NCBI GenBank assembly: GCA_963789395.1
Contig: CAWBKP010000010.1
Location: 32,001 to 96,000, forward strand
Direction: 5' to 3'
Source of the DNA: an uncultured delta proteobacterium
Lineage (GTDB): Bacteria > Desulfobacterota > Desulfobacteria > Desulfobacterales > Desulfatirhabdiaceae
Length of the DNA: 64,000 bases
Shown: piece after piece, positions 23,519 through 33,770 of the stretch
How the letters are laid out: each line of letters starts with the position of its first letter
Position numbering within the stretch: the first letter of the stretch is position 1
Made by a program: the position numbers and the translations under genes
The notes under the pieces: generated by a model
Told to the model about the DNA's origin: nothing
The model's input: only the letters and a program-made list of their open reading frames with translations
The model's database searches: none

Positions 23519-24629
23519 ACCTGCGCGTTGTTGTCGCAAGCCTCGTCGTGAGCCTCAAGAGCTTCTACCGCGAGAAGACCACGATGTTCTTCACAACTAC
23601 CTTCCCGATACTCCTGATACTCGTGTTCGGCACGATTTTCCAGGACCAGGACAAATTGAATTTCGACCTTTGCCTGCAGGACCTCGACCAGACAGAAACC
23701 ACGGCGGAAATCGCAAAGACCCTGTCCCTTACCGGGAAGTTCAACGTCACCAAGGTCGATCCTACCATCGATGCCGCACATTACGCCAAGACCAACCAGA
23801 TAAACCTTGTTGTCATCATTCCCAAAGACTATGAAAAATCTTGTATGCAATATCTGCAATCCGGCGATCCCGATGCATTCGTTACCATCCAGTTTGTCTA
23901 CGATCCCAGCTCCAATCGGTGGATACGAAGATGCGAATTCTGGACATTATATTCGCCAAGCTGAACCAGGGGATGTCCGGAAAGCCGCCGTTCGTCAAGA
24001 CGGAAGAAATATCGATTCTCACCAGGAAATACCGGTTCATCGAGTTCTTTATCCCCGGCGTCATCGCAATGGCGGTGATGACCGCAAGCCTGTTCGGAAC
24101 TGTGAACGTGAACACGGAGCTGCGGCAGAAGGGCATCATCCGGAAACTGTCCACCACGCCCATCACCCGCTCGGACTGGATACTGTCTAACATTCTATAC
24201 CAGTTCATACTTGCGGTCATATCCACCACGGCAATGCTTATAGTGAGCTACGCCGTGTTTGACGTCAAATTGCAGATAAACGCCTGGCTCCCGCTGTTCA
24301 TCGTGCTTGACGTTTTTACGTTCGTTGGTATCGGGTTGATACTCACCCGCATCGTGAAGGAGGCGCAGAGCGCCGCCGCCGCAGCCAACGCCCTCATATT
24401 CCCGATGATGTTCCTCTCGGGGAGCTTCTTCCCGCTCGAGATGATGCCGCGCTTCTTGCAGACGTTCGCCAGGGCCCTGCCTCTGTACTATGTGAACGAG
24501 GGTCTTCGGGCATCCATGGTGTTTCACGACAACGCCGCCGCACTGAATTATGCCGCGATAATCGGAGCCTTCGCGTCACTGGTCTTCGTTCTGGGTCTCA
24601 TCGCCACCAAATGGGAAGAGGGTAATTGA
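23515..24629 (+). CDS. ABC-2 exporter permease; frameshift near 23915
   Basis: ORFs 23515..23964 and 23841..24629; FFIPGVIAM, FPMMFLSGSFFPLEMMP. Confidence 0.88.
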
Positions 24630-26389
24630 CAGCCAAACATCCCTTTCGCGCCATCACGCAAGCACCCCATGCCCGTGTCATTACCGCCTTGCTTGCAGCA
24701 ACGCTCGCTGTCCTTATCGATTTCATTTTCAGATTCAGCAATTACCGGGATCTACTGCATCTGCTCCCGGACGCCGGAGCCATGAAGTTTTCGGGCGCAC
24801 TCACGCTGGTATTTCTCCAGGTGATCGCTCTCTTTTATCTCATGCTTCTTCTTCCCAGGCTTCTCCGTGCGGTCGTCTTCCTGTTTTTTGTTTTTGTCCT
24901 GGTCGTCCAATTCTCCTACTGGCTGACACTTAACCAGTTCATGACAAGCACCGACCTGTTTCTCGCCCTGAATGTCAGCGCCGACAATTTCGAAGGCGCC
25001 ATTTCAAGCTTCCTCAAGCCGCTTATCTTCTGGTATGCGCTTCCCTACGCACTCGTACTATCCACACTGATTTTCGTCCCAGTCAGATCCACATTCCGAA
25101 AGTCCCTCGCGCTCAGCCTCCTGCCCGCATTCTACCTGCTCTTTTCCAATTCCGCCCTCTTTCTTTACGCGGCTGAAGGCAATTTCCATCTGAATCCCCT
25201 GACCTCCCTCCTCCGTACAGCACTTCATTACGAATTTGAAACCCTCCGAGAATATCAGGGCCCCCGGGAAGACCTGCCGGTATTTCCTGCCTCCCAACGG
25301 CCACATAACAGCATCATCTATATCATCGATGAATCCATTCGAGGCAGCAATCTCAGTCTGAACGGCTACCCGCGGGCCACCACACCGTTTCTTCAATCTT
25401 TAGAGACCCAGGGACGCCTCAAGAATCTCGGCATTTGCGTTGCTGCCGGCACCTATTCCTACCTCAGCAATGCTTATCTGGTTACCGGCCACAACGCATT
25501 TCCCGACGACACTTTTCGAACATTCAAGAACCCGACCCTCTTTGATTACGCTAAAAAAATGGGTTACGAAACGATCTATATCGATGTCGACAGTGGCTAT
25601 CTTTCCAAGCTTCTGGAAACCGCCCGGGAGGGTCACGTGAGATCCCTGGACCGGTGGATGACCGATCAATCGTTCAGGGATCGCCATATCGATCTTGAAA
25701 CCACGAAAGACCCGGGCGTCGCACGCTTTCTGAGTAGTCTTCTGAACGAAAGAGGCGGTTATTTCATTCTCGTCAACAAGAAGGGCCTTCATTTCCACTA
25801 TCGCAATACCTACCCGGATGATCCGGCCTTTACGTTTTGGGAGCCGGTTATGGAAACATCGGAACCCATCGACCCCAGCCCGACCGGCCGCGAAAAGCTC
25901 GTTAATACCTATGACAACGGGATTCGCTTTCAGGTGGATGAATTCTTCCGGGAGTTCGTGTCCGATACAACGAATCAGAATTATGTCATCCTTTACACTT
26001 CGGACCATGGCCAGACGTTGGCCGAGCATGGGCAGGTGTATACCCATGTAAAGTCTGACAAGGTGATCGTCGACGTACCGGCGTTTCTCGTAGTCGGTGA
26101 GCGATATGACAAGAAGGGTTCCTTAGCCGGCATTCGCCCCGGCATCCGGGTTTCCCATCTGAACAATTTCGCGACCATCCTCGATCTGATGGACGTACCG
26201 TTGTCTTTGCGGGTTCGTCCCTACGACAAATCGATTTTTTCTTTGACGTCCGAGGACAACAGCGAGCGCTACTATATGAGCGGTTCTCTTCATGGCTCCG
26301 GCGATTACGTGGTGAAGATGATACCGACACCACCGGATGAGGGATGGGGCGTTTCGAGACTTCTCGGCAAGGTCCTCAAGTCTGAATGA
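24626..26389 (+). CDS. Membrane-anchored sulfatase-fold phosphoethanolamine transferase-like protein
   Basis: About 5 N-terminal TM helices; IIDESIR, GYPRATTP, GLHFHY, YDNGI, YTSDHGQ (EptA/CptA-type motifs). Confidence 0.8.
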   Translation: MTAKHPFRAITQAPHARVITALLAATLAVLIDFIFRFSNYRDLLHLLPDAGAMKFSGALTLVFLQVIALFYLMLLLPRLLRAVVFLFFVFVLVVQFSYWLTLNQFMTSTDLFLALNVSADNFEGAISSFLKPLIFWYALPYALVLSTLIFVPVRSTFRKSLALSLLPAFYLLFSNSALFLYAAEGNFHLNPLTSLLRTALHYEFETLREYQGPREDLPVFPASQRPHNSIIYIIDESIRGSNLSLNGYPRATTPFLQSLETQGRLKNLGICVAAGTYSYLSNAYLVTGHNAFPDDTFRTFKNPTLFDYAKKMGYETIYIDVDSGYLSKLLETAREGHVRSLDRWMTDQSFRDRHIDLETTKDPGVARFLSSLLNERGGYFILVNKKGLHFHYRNTYPDDPAFTFWEPVMETSEPIDPSPTGREKLVNTYDNGIRFQVDEFFREFVSDTTNQNYVILYTSDHGQTLAEHGQVYTHVKSDKVIVDVPAFLVVGERYDKKGSLAGIRPGIRVSHLNNFATILDLMDVPLSLRVRPYDKSIFSLTSEDNSERYYMSGSLHGSGDYVVKMIPTPPDEGWGVSRLLGKVLKSE

Positions 26390-26425
26390 TGAAAATATAA
26401 AAGCTGGGTTTTTCGACAGTTTGCG

Positions 26426-29400
26426 TTATTTTTCAATCCGTTGCAGGGCTTCCAGTTCCGAGGCGACGACATCCAGAGCAAAGCGGATCTGATCGGGTGT
26501 ATGGGTGCAATTGACAAAAAAGCGCAGACGGGCGGAGTTATCAGGGACGGCCGGATAGACCATGGGCAGGGCATCGATCCCTTGCCGGAGGATGGATTGT
26601 GAGAGTCTTAGCGCCTTCAAGGAATCTCCGACGATGACTGGAATAACCGGGGAAAAGCTGCTGCTGGCGCCGGTATTCAGACCCCTTTCCCGGGCGAGCA
26701 TGAGAAAAAACCCGGAGAGCTCATGGAGGCGCATCACCCGTTGGGGCTCCTTCCTGAGCAAACGAATGGCGGCCAGTGCTGCTGCGACATTCGACGGAGG
26801 CATTCCCACACTGTAGACAAAGCCCGGCGCGGTGTATTTCAGGTATTCAACAAGGGCTCCGGATCCGGCGATATAGCCTCCGCAGCTGGCAAATGACTTG
26901 CTCAATGTGCCCATCCAAAGTTCGACTTCGGCGGGAGCGATTCCAAAGTGCTCACCAATACCCCTGCCTCTTTTCCCCAATACGCCGATGGAATGCGCCT
27001 CGTCCACCATCAGAAAGGCTCCGTGCCGTTTCTTGATCTTTATAAATTCAGGAAGTTCCGGGATATCGCCATCCATGCTGTAAAGGGCTTCGATAACCAC
27101 GAGGGCCCGTCGGAAACGGGGTCGCAACTCCTTGAGAATCATGTCCAGGGCTTGCCAGTTGTTGTGGGGAAAAGAAAGGTATGTTGCCTGGGAAAGCTGG
27201 CATCCCTGGAGAACACTGTTATGAATCAGGGCGTCATGAACAATGAGATCGGACTTGCCGAAGAGATGGCCGATTGTAGTCACGTTCGTGGCATGTCCGC
27301 TGACAAAAACGAGGCTGTCCTCTGTGCCGATCAAGTCAGCAATTTCTTTCTCAATCTCACGATGCAGGGGCCTTTCGCCTGAAACCAGACGGCTTGCCGA
27401 AACCGAAGTCCCATAGCGGTCGATAGCATCTTTGGCGGCTTGAGATACGACCGGATCTCCGGACATACCCAGGTAATTGTACCTGGAAAAGGTGATGAAC
27501 GCCCGGCCTTTTGCAGTTGCGTCTTTTGAATCGGTCTCTTCGTGCACCCTGAAGTAAGGGTTGTCGATACCCCGCGCCTTCATCCCCTGCATGATCTGTT
27601 GCAGGTTACGGTATTCGGGGTAATCCACAAACGGCAGGCACTCCGGTTGAATCTCACGGACCTCTCTCTGGTCAACACCCCTTTCTGCCGGCTCTCCGGA
27701 CTGACGGTCGGATGATAGCACTTTTCCCAAAGGTCCGTCTTTGGCTTCAAGCCCTCTTCCCAAAGTCCTTTGCCAGAGAACGTGAGCCGTCAGATCGGAA
27801 ATGCCGGCTCCCAGAAAGAGCGCTTCGACGGGAAATTCGATTCCCATGTCTTCTTCAATCGTCGTCTTCAGCTCTGCTGCCATCAAAGAATCGATGCCAA
27901 GCGTATTCAAGGGACTGTGCACATCTATCCTGGTGAACGAGATTTTGAGGAGATCCGCCACTTTTTTAGCAATGCGAGCCTCAATGACCCGGTTGAGCCA
28001 GGAAACGGCTTCCGCACCCATGTCCTCAGATTCCAAATCGCCGACTTTGAGCGTTGAAGCATCCAGACCGATCGAAACCGATGCGTCGTTCCCCAGATGG
28101 ACGGGTCGGCATTCTTCCAATGCCTGGAGGGTTATCTCCGGATCGATTTTTTGGGAATACCCGACGCACTGGGCAACGGCCCTCAAACTGCCCTGGATAA
28201 AATGCTCCCGACAAAGGCGGCGCTGGATCTTTCCACTGGTCGTCTTGGGAAGACCGGCGGTCTTGAGCAGCACAACTGCGTAAGCGTGGATTTCATGCTC
28301 TCGTGACACACTTTGGCGAATGGCCCCGATCACCGCCTCTGCATCCAGCTTTTTGATGTATCGTCGCTCGATTTCTTGCACCACCACCAGTCGTTCCTCA
28401 TCCCCGACTTCAACGGAAAACGCCGCCCCGCAGCCTGGTCGCAGGGCCTCATGGCTTCTTTCCACGGTCCTCTCGATGTCTTGAGGATAATGATTGAGGC
28501 CCCGTATGATGATAAGATCCTTCCAACGGCCCGTGACAAAGAGCTGGCCGTCATGGATAAACCCGAGGTCTCCCGTGCGCAGATAAAGACCTTTACCACC
28601 ATCGGCAAGCCTTGCCCGGAAGACGTGATCCGAATCTTCAGGACGATGCCAATATCCTTGTGCAACGCTTGGCCCTGCGATCCATATTTCTCCAATCGTA
28701 TCGATTTTGCAGGGGGTCTGCTTCTCCGGATCGACGATAACAATCTCATTGCCAGGCGGTGCTCCCCCATTTGCTACCAGCTCGAAGTCATGCTCCCGAT
28801 CTTCTGCAGAAAGGACCAAACGACCGGATTGTAACGACTGCGCGTCCACCTTCAGGAATGTCGGTGCGGCGCTTTTGCTGCCTCCAGAAGCGATAAGGGT
28901 GTTTTCCGCAAGGCCATAACAGGGCAGAAATGCTTTTTGCCGAAAGCCGCAGGACTCGAAAGCCGCAGCAAAACGGCGGAGCGTCTCCCCCCTGACCGGC
29001 TCGGCACCGTTGAAAGCAACCTCCCAACTGCTCAGATCAAGTCCTGATTTCTGCTCCGGCGTGATCTTTCGAACACAAAGATCGTAAGCAAAATTCGGTC
29101 CACCACTTGTCGTGGCCCTATAGCGTGAGATGGCCATCAGCCAGCGAAGCGGTTTTTGGATGAAGTGAACAGGTGACATCAAGATCATATCGGCGCCAGC
29201 ATAAACAGGCTGAACGATCCCTCCGATCAATCCCATATCGTGGTATGGGGGAAGCCAGAATATGCCGCGGTTACTCGATGAATACCCAAAGACTTCATGG
29301 ATAACGGATGAATTATGGAGCAGGTTCCCATGGCTGACCATTACGCCCTTGGGATTTCCGGTGGAACCGGATGTGTATTGGAGAACAGCAAGGGAATCAG

Positions 29401-29932
29401 CACCCAGGGAAGGTTCTTTCCAGACATTTGCCAGATCGTCGGAAATGGTGTCGGTTAATATCCATTTGAGAGCAGCCAACCCGGGAGTCTTATTAATTTG
29501 GTGTCTATATGCTTCCAGGGTAGAAGCCGTAGTGAGTGCAATTGTGGGTTCAGCGTCGGCTACTGTTGCTACAAGGTTTGCCAAAAACTGGTTGGAATGG
29601 GGGGGATAGGCCGGCACGGCGACCAAGCCCGCACACAAGCACCCGAAGAATGCCGTGGGAAACTCGATGCCTGGAGGGTAGAGCAAAAGGATCCTCTCTC
29701 CCGGAGAGAGGTGAGATTGGAGATGCGCCGCAATGGCGAGTGCCCTGCGTTCCAGTTCACAATATGTCAGTCTGGTTTCTTGTGATTCTCCATCCTTGAG
29801 ATAGGTGTAGAGGGTTTTTTCTCCCTGCTCTTGAACCCTCCGGCGCAGCAGGTGGATCAGATTCGGCAGCCTATTCGTGCAGATTGTTGAGCTCGGTCCG
29901 GGCTGATTACCACGGCTCATATAGTCTTTCAT
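26426..29932 (-). CDS. Fatty acyl-AMP ligase - ACP - PLP alpha-oxoamine synthase (SPT/BioF-like) fusion
   Basis: FAAL LQYTSGSTGNPKGV, WLPPYHDMGLIG, YGLAE, KTTSGK; ACP LGIDSL; AOS NYLG, YSMDGD, DEAHS, GTLSKS. Confidence 0.9.
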   Translation of the reverse strand: MKDYMSRGNQPGPSSTICTNRLPNLIHLLRRRVQEQGEKTLYTYLKDGESQETRLTYCELERRALAIAAHLQSHLSPGERILLLYPPGIEFPTAFFGCLCAGLVAVPAYPPHSNQFLANLVATVADAEPTIALTTASTLEAYRHQINKTPGLAALKWILTDTISDDLANVWKEPSLGADSLAVLQYTSGSTGNPKGVMVSHGNLLHNSSVIHEVFGYSSSNRGIFWLPPYHDMGLIGGIVQPVYAGADMILMSPVHFIQKPLRWLMAISRYRATTSGGPNFAYDLCVRKITPEQKSGLDLSSWEVAFNGAEPVRGETLRRFAAAFESCGFRQKAFLPCYGLAENTLIASGGSKSAAPTFLKVDAQSLQSGRLVLSAEDREHDFELVANGGAPPGNEIVIVDPEKQTPCKIDTIGEIWIAGPSVAQGYWHRPEDSDHVFRARLADGGKGLYLRTGDLGFIHDGQLFVTGRWKDLIIIRGLNHYPQDIERTVERSHEALRPGCGAAFSVEVGDEERLVVVQEIERRYIKKLDAEAVIGAIRQSVSREHEIHAYAVVLLKTAGLPKTTSGKIQRRLCREHFIQGSLRAVAQCVGYSQKIDPEITLQALEECRPVHLGNDASVSIGLDASTLKVGDLESEDMGAEAVSWLNRVIEARIAKKVADLLKISFTRIDVHSPLNTLGIDSLMAAELKTTIEEDMGIEFPVEALFLGAGISDLTAHVLWQRTLGRGLEAKDGPLGKVLSSDRQSGEPAERGVDQREVREIQPECLPFVDYPEYRNLQQIMQGMKARGIDNPYFRVHEETDSKDATAKGRAFITFSRYNYLGMSGDPVVSQAAKDAIDRYGTSVSASRLVSGERPLHREIEKEIADLIGTEDSLVFVSGHATNVTTIGHLFGKSDLIVHDALIHNSVLQGCQLSQATYLSFPHNNWQALDMILKELRPRFRRALVVIEALYSMDGDIPELPEFIKIKKRHGAFLMVDEAHSIGVLGKRGRGIGEHFGIAPAEVELWMGTLSKSFASCGGYIAGSGALVEYLKYTAPGFVYSVGMPPSNVAAALAAIRLLRKEPQRVMRLHELSGFFLMLARERGLNTGASSSFSPVIPVIVGDSLKALRLSQSILRQGIDALPMVYPAVPDNSARLRFFVNCTHTPDQIRFALDVVASELEALQRIEK

Positions 29933-30208
29933 ACTGTTGTTTATTTCTTCCTGTTGGTTCGAAGATCCCCGTGGTCATCAACGGCAGCCCCGCATTCTTC
30001 TCAAAGATCAATGCGCAATCGTGAATTACGAAGGAATGAGATACCATCATTGATATTAAATTTTCTCAAAGTATACGGAATTTGTCAACCATGGTTCTTC
30101 GAAAAGAACGCTTTATATCCTTCAATTTAAAGGACCTATGACGATCACGTTCTTGTTGGCGTCTGAAGCGCGGTCCATGCCGGTTTGGAGTTTGCGTGCA
30201 GAAACGTT

Positions 30209-31291
30209 CTATACGCGTGAATAGCTGACGCTGTCCTTTTCAAACTCGGCAATTACTTGATCGCTCAAAGACGGGGGTACTTTCGGCAGGATCTGGATGA
30301 TTGTCTCCGTGTTTACCCGGTAGTCTTCTTTGCTGGCAAGCTCCTGCTCGAATGCAAAATGCGCGACCTGCTGAAAAAGATACTGGATATCCGAAGGCGT
30401 GAACCCGGATGTCATTTCGACGATGCGATCCAGATCGATTTGTCCGGTATTGAGCTTGGAAAGATAATGTTCAAGAATCGTTGTCCTGCCCTCCCTGTCC
30501 AGTCCCCCAACCGGAATGATGCAGTCAAATCGCCCCGGACGCAGCATTGCGGCATCCAGTTGCCGGATGTAATTGGTGGCACACATCAGAAGGATCTTGT
30601 TCTTCTGATTCTTCAGCAACGGGATTTGTTTCAGGAACTCGTTCGTAATGGACTTGTCAATCCGGTCAGCCGTATCCCGACTGCCTGCGATCTCCTCGAA
30701 CTCATCGATGAATAGGACCACTTTATCAAGATGCCTTGCCTCTTCCATGATTTCCCGCAGATTGGCGCCTATCTTCTCGACCCCGTCCGCCATGAGCATG
30801 CTGGGGAAGATCTCTATGTACCGCCAGGACAGGATGCCGGCGATCGCCTTTACAAAATGGGTCTTCCCCGTACCCGGAGGCCCGAAGAAAACGATCGCCT
30901 TCGGCGGAACAACCCCGTGCTTTATCGAGAGATTCTCCTCCATAAGGGGAAGAATGATTCGGCGTTGGACCAACTGCTTGGGGGGCTGTGAGTCGGATAT
31001 GGTATCCCAGATTTCTCTGCCGATGGCCTGTGCTCCCATCTCATACAAGATACTCTTGCGTTGATGGGCTAAGTACTCATCAGGAGCCTGCTCTATATTT
31101 TCCAGGAAATCGATGCAGGCAGTCCGCAATCCCACATCCCGGCCGAGTTTTTCGGAGAGAAGCCACTTGTGCTTCAATATCTTGGACCAAAGGTCGGAGG
31201 AGACATCCGGTTCAAACGCCACCCCGCTGAGTTCAAGAATTCTAGTTGCAGACTCTTCTGGTGATAGGATTTCCGGCAGAATATCATTCAT
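30209..31291 (-). CDS. AAA+ ATPase with N-terminal DUF4032-like domain
   Basis: GPPGTGKT, FIDEFE, ATN..LDAAMLRPGRFD; N-terminal HKWLLSEKLGRDVG. Confidence 0.85.
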   Translation of the reverse strand: MNDILPEILSPEESATRILELSGVAFEPDVSSDLWSKILKHKWLLSEKLGRDVGLRTACIDFLENIEQAPDEYLAHQRKSILYEMGAQAIGREIWDTISDSQPPKQLVQRRIILPLMEENLSIKHGVVPPKAIVFFGPPGTGKTHFVKAIAGILSWRYIEIFPSMLMADGVEKIGANLREIMEEARHLDKVVLFIDEFEEIAGSRDTADRIDKSITNEFLKQIPLLKNQKNKILLMCATNYIRQLDAAMLRPGRFDCIIPVGGLDREGRTTILEHYLSKLNTGQIDLDRIVEMTSGFTPSDIQYLFQQVAHFAFEQELASKEDYRVNTETIIQILPKVPPSLSDQVIAEFEKDSVSYSRV

Positions 31292-31564
31292 ACTATAATT
31301 ATACCTTGTTCTGGAATTTGGTGACATGAGTTTATTGTAACGTTTTGCTTGGAGAATCAGATATAGATAGGGACGTACATAAATATATAAATTATATTCC
31401 ATGGACATATTGGTTTCAGCAGCAAATTGCACATCGCGTTCAATGCCTTTCACGATATGGCGATACATTGCATAGATGGTCATCACATGCAAGCTTATCT
31501 TAGCATGATTTCCCTTTAAATGACACCGATTGCTATTTAAAACTTATTTATTTATGTACCCCTA

Positions 31565-33206
31565 TCATTGCCTGGATTTTTTGTAGCGCCGGATCAGGGT
31601 GTTGGTAGAGCTGTCATGACTGAGCTGGCGCTTGTCCCCGGTCTCAAGTTCGGGAATGATGCGCGCGGCAAGCGCCTTGCCCAGTTCGACCCCCCACTGG
31701 TCGAATGAGTCGATGCCCCAGATGGCACCTTGCGTGAAGACGCTGTGTTCGTAAAGTGCCACGAGTTTGCCCAGCGCCTCCGGCGTCAGCCGTTCCATAA
31801 GGATCGTGCTGGAGGGGCGGTTGCCCGTGAAGGTCCGGTGCGGCGCCAGCCATTCGGGGATGCCCTCGGCCTGAACCTCCTGCGATGTTTTGCCGAATGC
31901 CAGCGCCTCTGCCTGGGCAAACACGTTGGCCAGGAGCAGGTCGTGGTGCCGGCCAAGCGGGTTGAGCGGCTGAATAAATCCGATGAAATCGCAGGGAATG
32001 AGCTTGGTCCCCTGATGAATCAGCTGGTAGAAGGAATGCTGGCCATTGGTGCCCGGCTCCCCCCAGTAGATCGGCCCGGTCTGGCAGGCGACCTCTGTCC
32101 CGTCAAGACCGACATGCTTGCCGTTGCTCTCCATCGTCAACTGCTGGAGATAGGCCGGAAAACGCTTCAGGTACTGGTCATACGGAAGCACCGCCAGTGT
32201 CTGTGCACCAAAGAAGTTATTGTACCAGATTCCCAGGAGCCCCATGAGCACCGGCAGGTTGGCCTCGAAAGGGGCGGTGCGGAAATGCTCGTCCATCTGG
32301 TGGAAACCGCCGAGCATGGCCCGAAAATCCGCGGGGCCGATGGCGATCATCGTTGAGAGGCCGATCGCCGAGTCCATGGAATACCGTCCGCCGACCCAAT
32401 CCCAGAACTCGAACATATTCTCCGTGTCAATGCCGAACTTGGCGACTTCCCCGGCATTGGTCGAAACGGCAACAAAATGCCTGGCGACGGCAGCCGGATG
32501 TTTCAAGGTCTCCAGCGCCCAGTCGCGGGCCGTGTGCGCGTTGGTCATTGTCTCCAGGGTCGTAAAGGTCTTTGACGAGATGATGAACAGCGTCTCCTCG
32601 GCGTCAAGATCCCGGGTGGCCTCGGCAAAGTCGGTCCCGTCGATATTGGAGACGAAGCGGAAGGTCAGGCTGCGCAGGCTGTAATGCCGCAATGCCTCGT
32701 ATGCCATCACCGGCCCCAGGTCGGACCCGCCGATGCCGATGTTGACGATGTTGCGGATAGGCTTGCCGGTATGGCCTTTCCACTCCCCGCTGCGCACCCG
32801 GTTGGAGAAGTCGGCCATCTTGTCAAGCACCGCATGGACCTGGGGCACGACATCTTCACCGTCCAGGACGATGGATTGCCCTTTGGGGGCGCGAAGGGCA
32901 ACGTGCAGAACGGCCCGCTTCTCCGTGACGTTGATCTTCTCGCCACGGAACATGGCGTCGATGCGGGTCTGGAGGCCGGACTCCCTTGCCAGTTGCAACA
33001 GGAGCCGGAGCGTCTCGTCCGTGATGCGGTGCTTCGAATAGTCGAAATAGATGCCGACGGCCTCGGTTGCCAGGCGCTCGCCGCGCTCTGGATCGTCGGC
33101 GAAGAGCTTTCGAAGATGCAGGTCCCGGACTTTGGCGTAATGTGCCTCAAGTGCCTGCCAGGCAGCATAGTTTGGGGAGTTGCGGAATACGTGTTGTCAT
33201 GCTCAT
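31565..33206 (-). CDS. pgi: Glucose-6-phosphate isomerase; frameshift near 33170
   Basis: [33 protein letters not shown]; the frame extends upstream as [20 protein letters not shown]. Confidence 0.95.
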
Positions 33207-33220
33207 ATGCTCGTTCTCAT

Positions 33221-33313
33221 TCATATGGGGTTGCTCCATTTCCAGTTGCGGGTTTCCGGCTTATCCTCGCCGTGCTTGTTGATGAATTGCCTGTGCGCGA
33301 GCGGTTTATCCCG
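33221..33313 (-). pseudogene. C-terminal relic of a phosphoketolase gene
   Basis: Translates to RDKPLAHRQFINKHGEDKPETRNWKWSNPI*, like the phosphoketolase tail DKLIEHK.YI..HGED.PEIRNWKW. Confidence 0.7.
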
Positions 33314-33451
33314 CGTGAACAGAATTGCTCCGTTACAGACGATTCCTGTCCCTATGCTTTTTGATATCGCTTTTACTTTATCAAGTCAATGACGTTAAAG
33401 GGCTGCCATTGAGGGCCATAAATAAAGTCAAAGTAACTACTCAGGCATACA

Positions 33452-33669
33452 GAATTCAGGAGTCAGAATTCAGAATGGCCCGCATGTCAGTTTTGAGCAA
33501 TTTACCGACTTCTTCCATCAAGCGGGTTGGCTTAGTAACATCTCCATGAGCGAGATCGTGGACAAGTATCAAATAGCAACTCGATTCTTCGAGGGGCTCT
33601 TGAGCGAAATTGAAAAAACGGATTTGCCGGCTCCCTCATTCCGGCTTCTGAATTCTGACTCCTGAATTC
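33452..33669 (-). mobile_element. Degenerate four-helix-bundle (IVP) cassette bounded by 24-bp inverted repeats
   Basis: GAATTCAGGAGTCAGAATTCAGAA at 33452-33475 and its reverse complement at 33646-33669; interior reads RFFNFAQEPLEESSCYLILVHDL..LMEEVGKLL..AILNSDS*. Confidence 0.75.
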
Positions 33670-33770
33670 CTGTGTAGTGACAAGTCCAACCTACCGTTTT
33701 CGGGATTTTCATGATGTTTTGGAAAATCGTCGTCAGAGGTTACCCCTTTAAGAGGCGGAGGGAGAAGAAT

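Noticed and set aside
26426..27700. bioF (biotin synthesis) call for the PLP domain
   Set aside because: Fused to FAAL-ACP, no bio genes nearby, and the context is lipid synthesis
33456..33640. Diversity-generating retroelement accessory gene (Avd)
   Set aside because: Fragmentary, with no reverse transcriptase or template/variable repeat pair in the window
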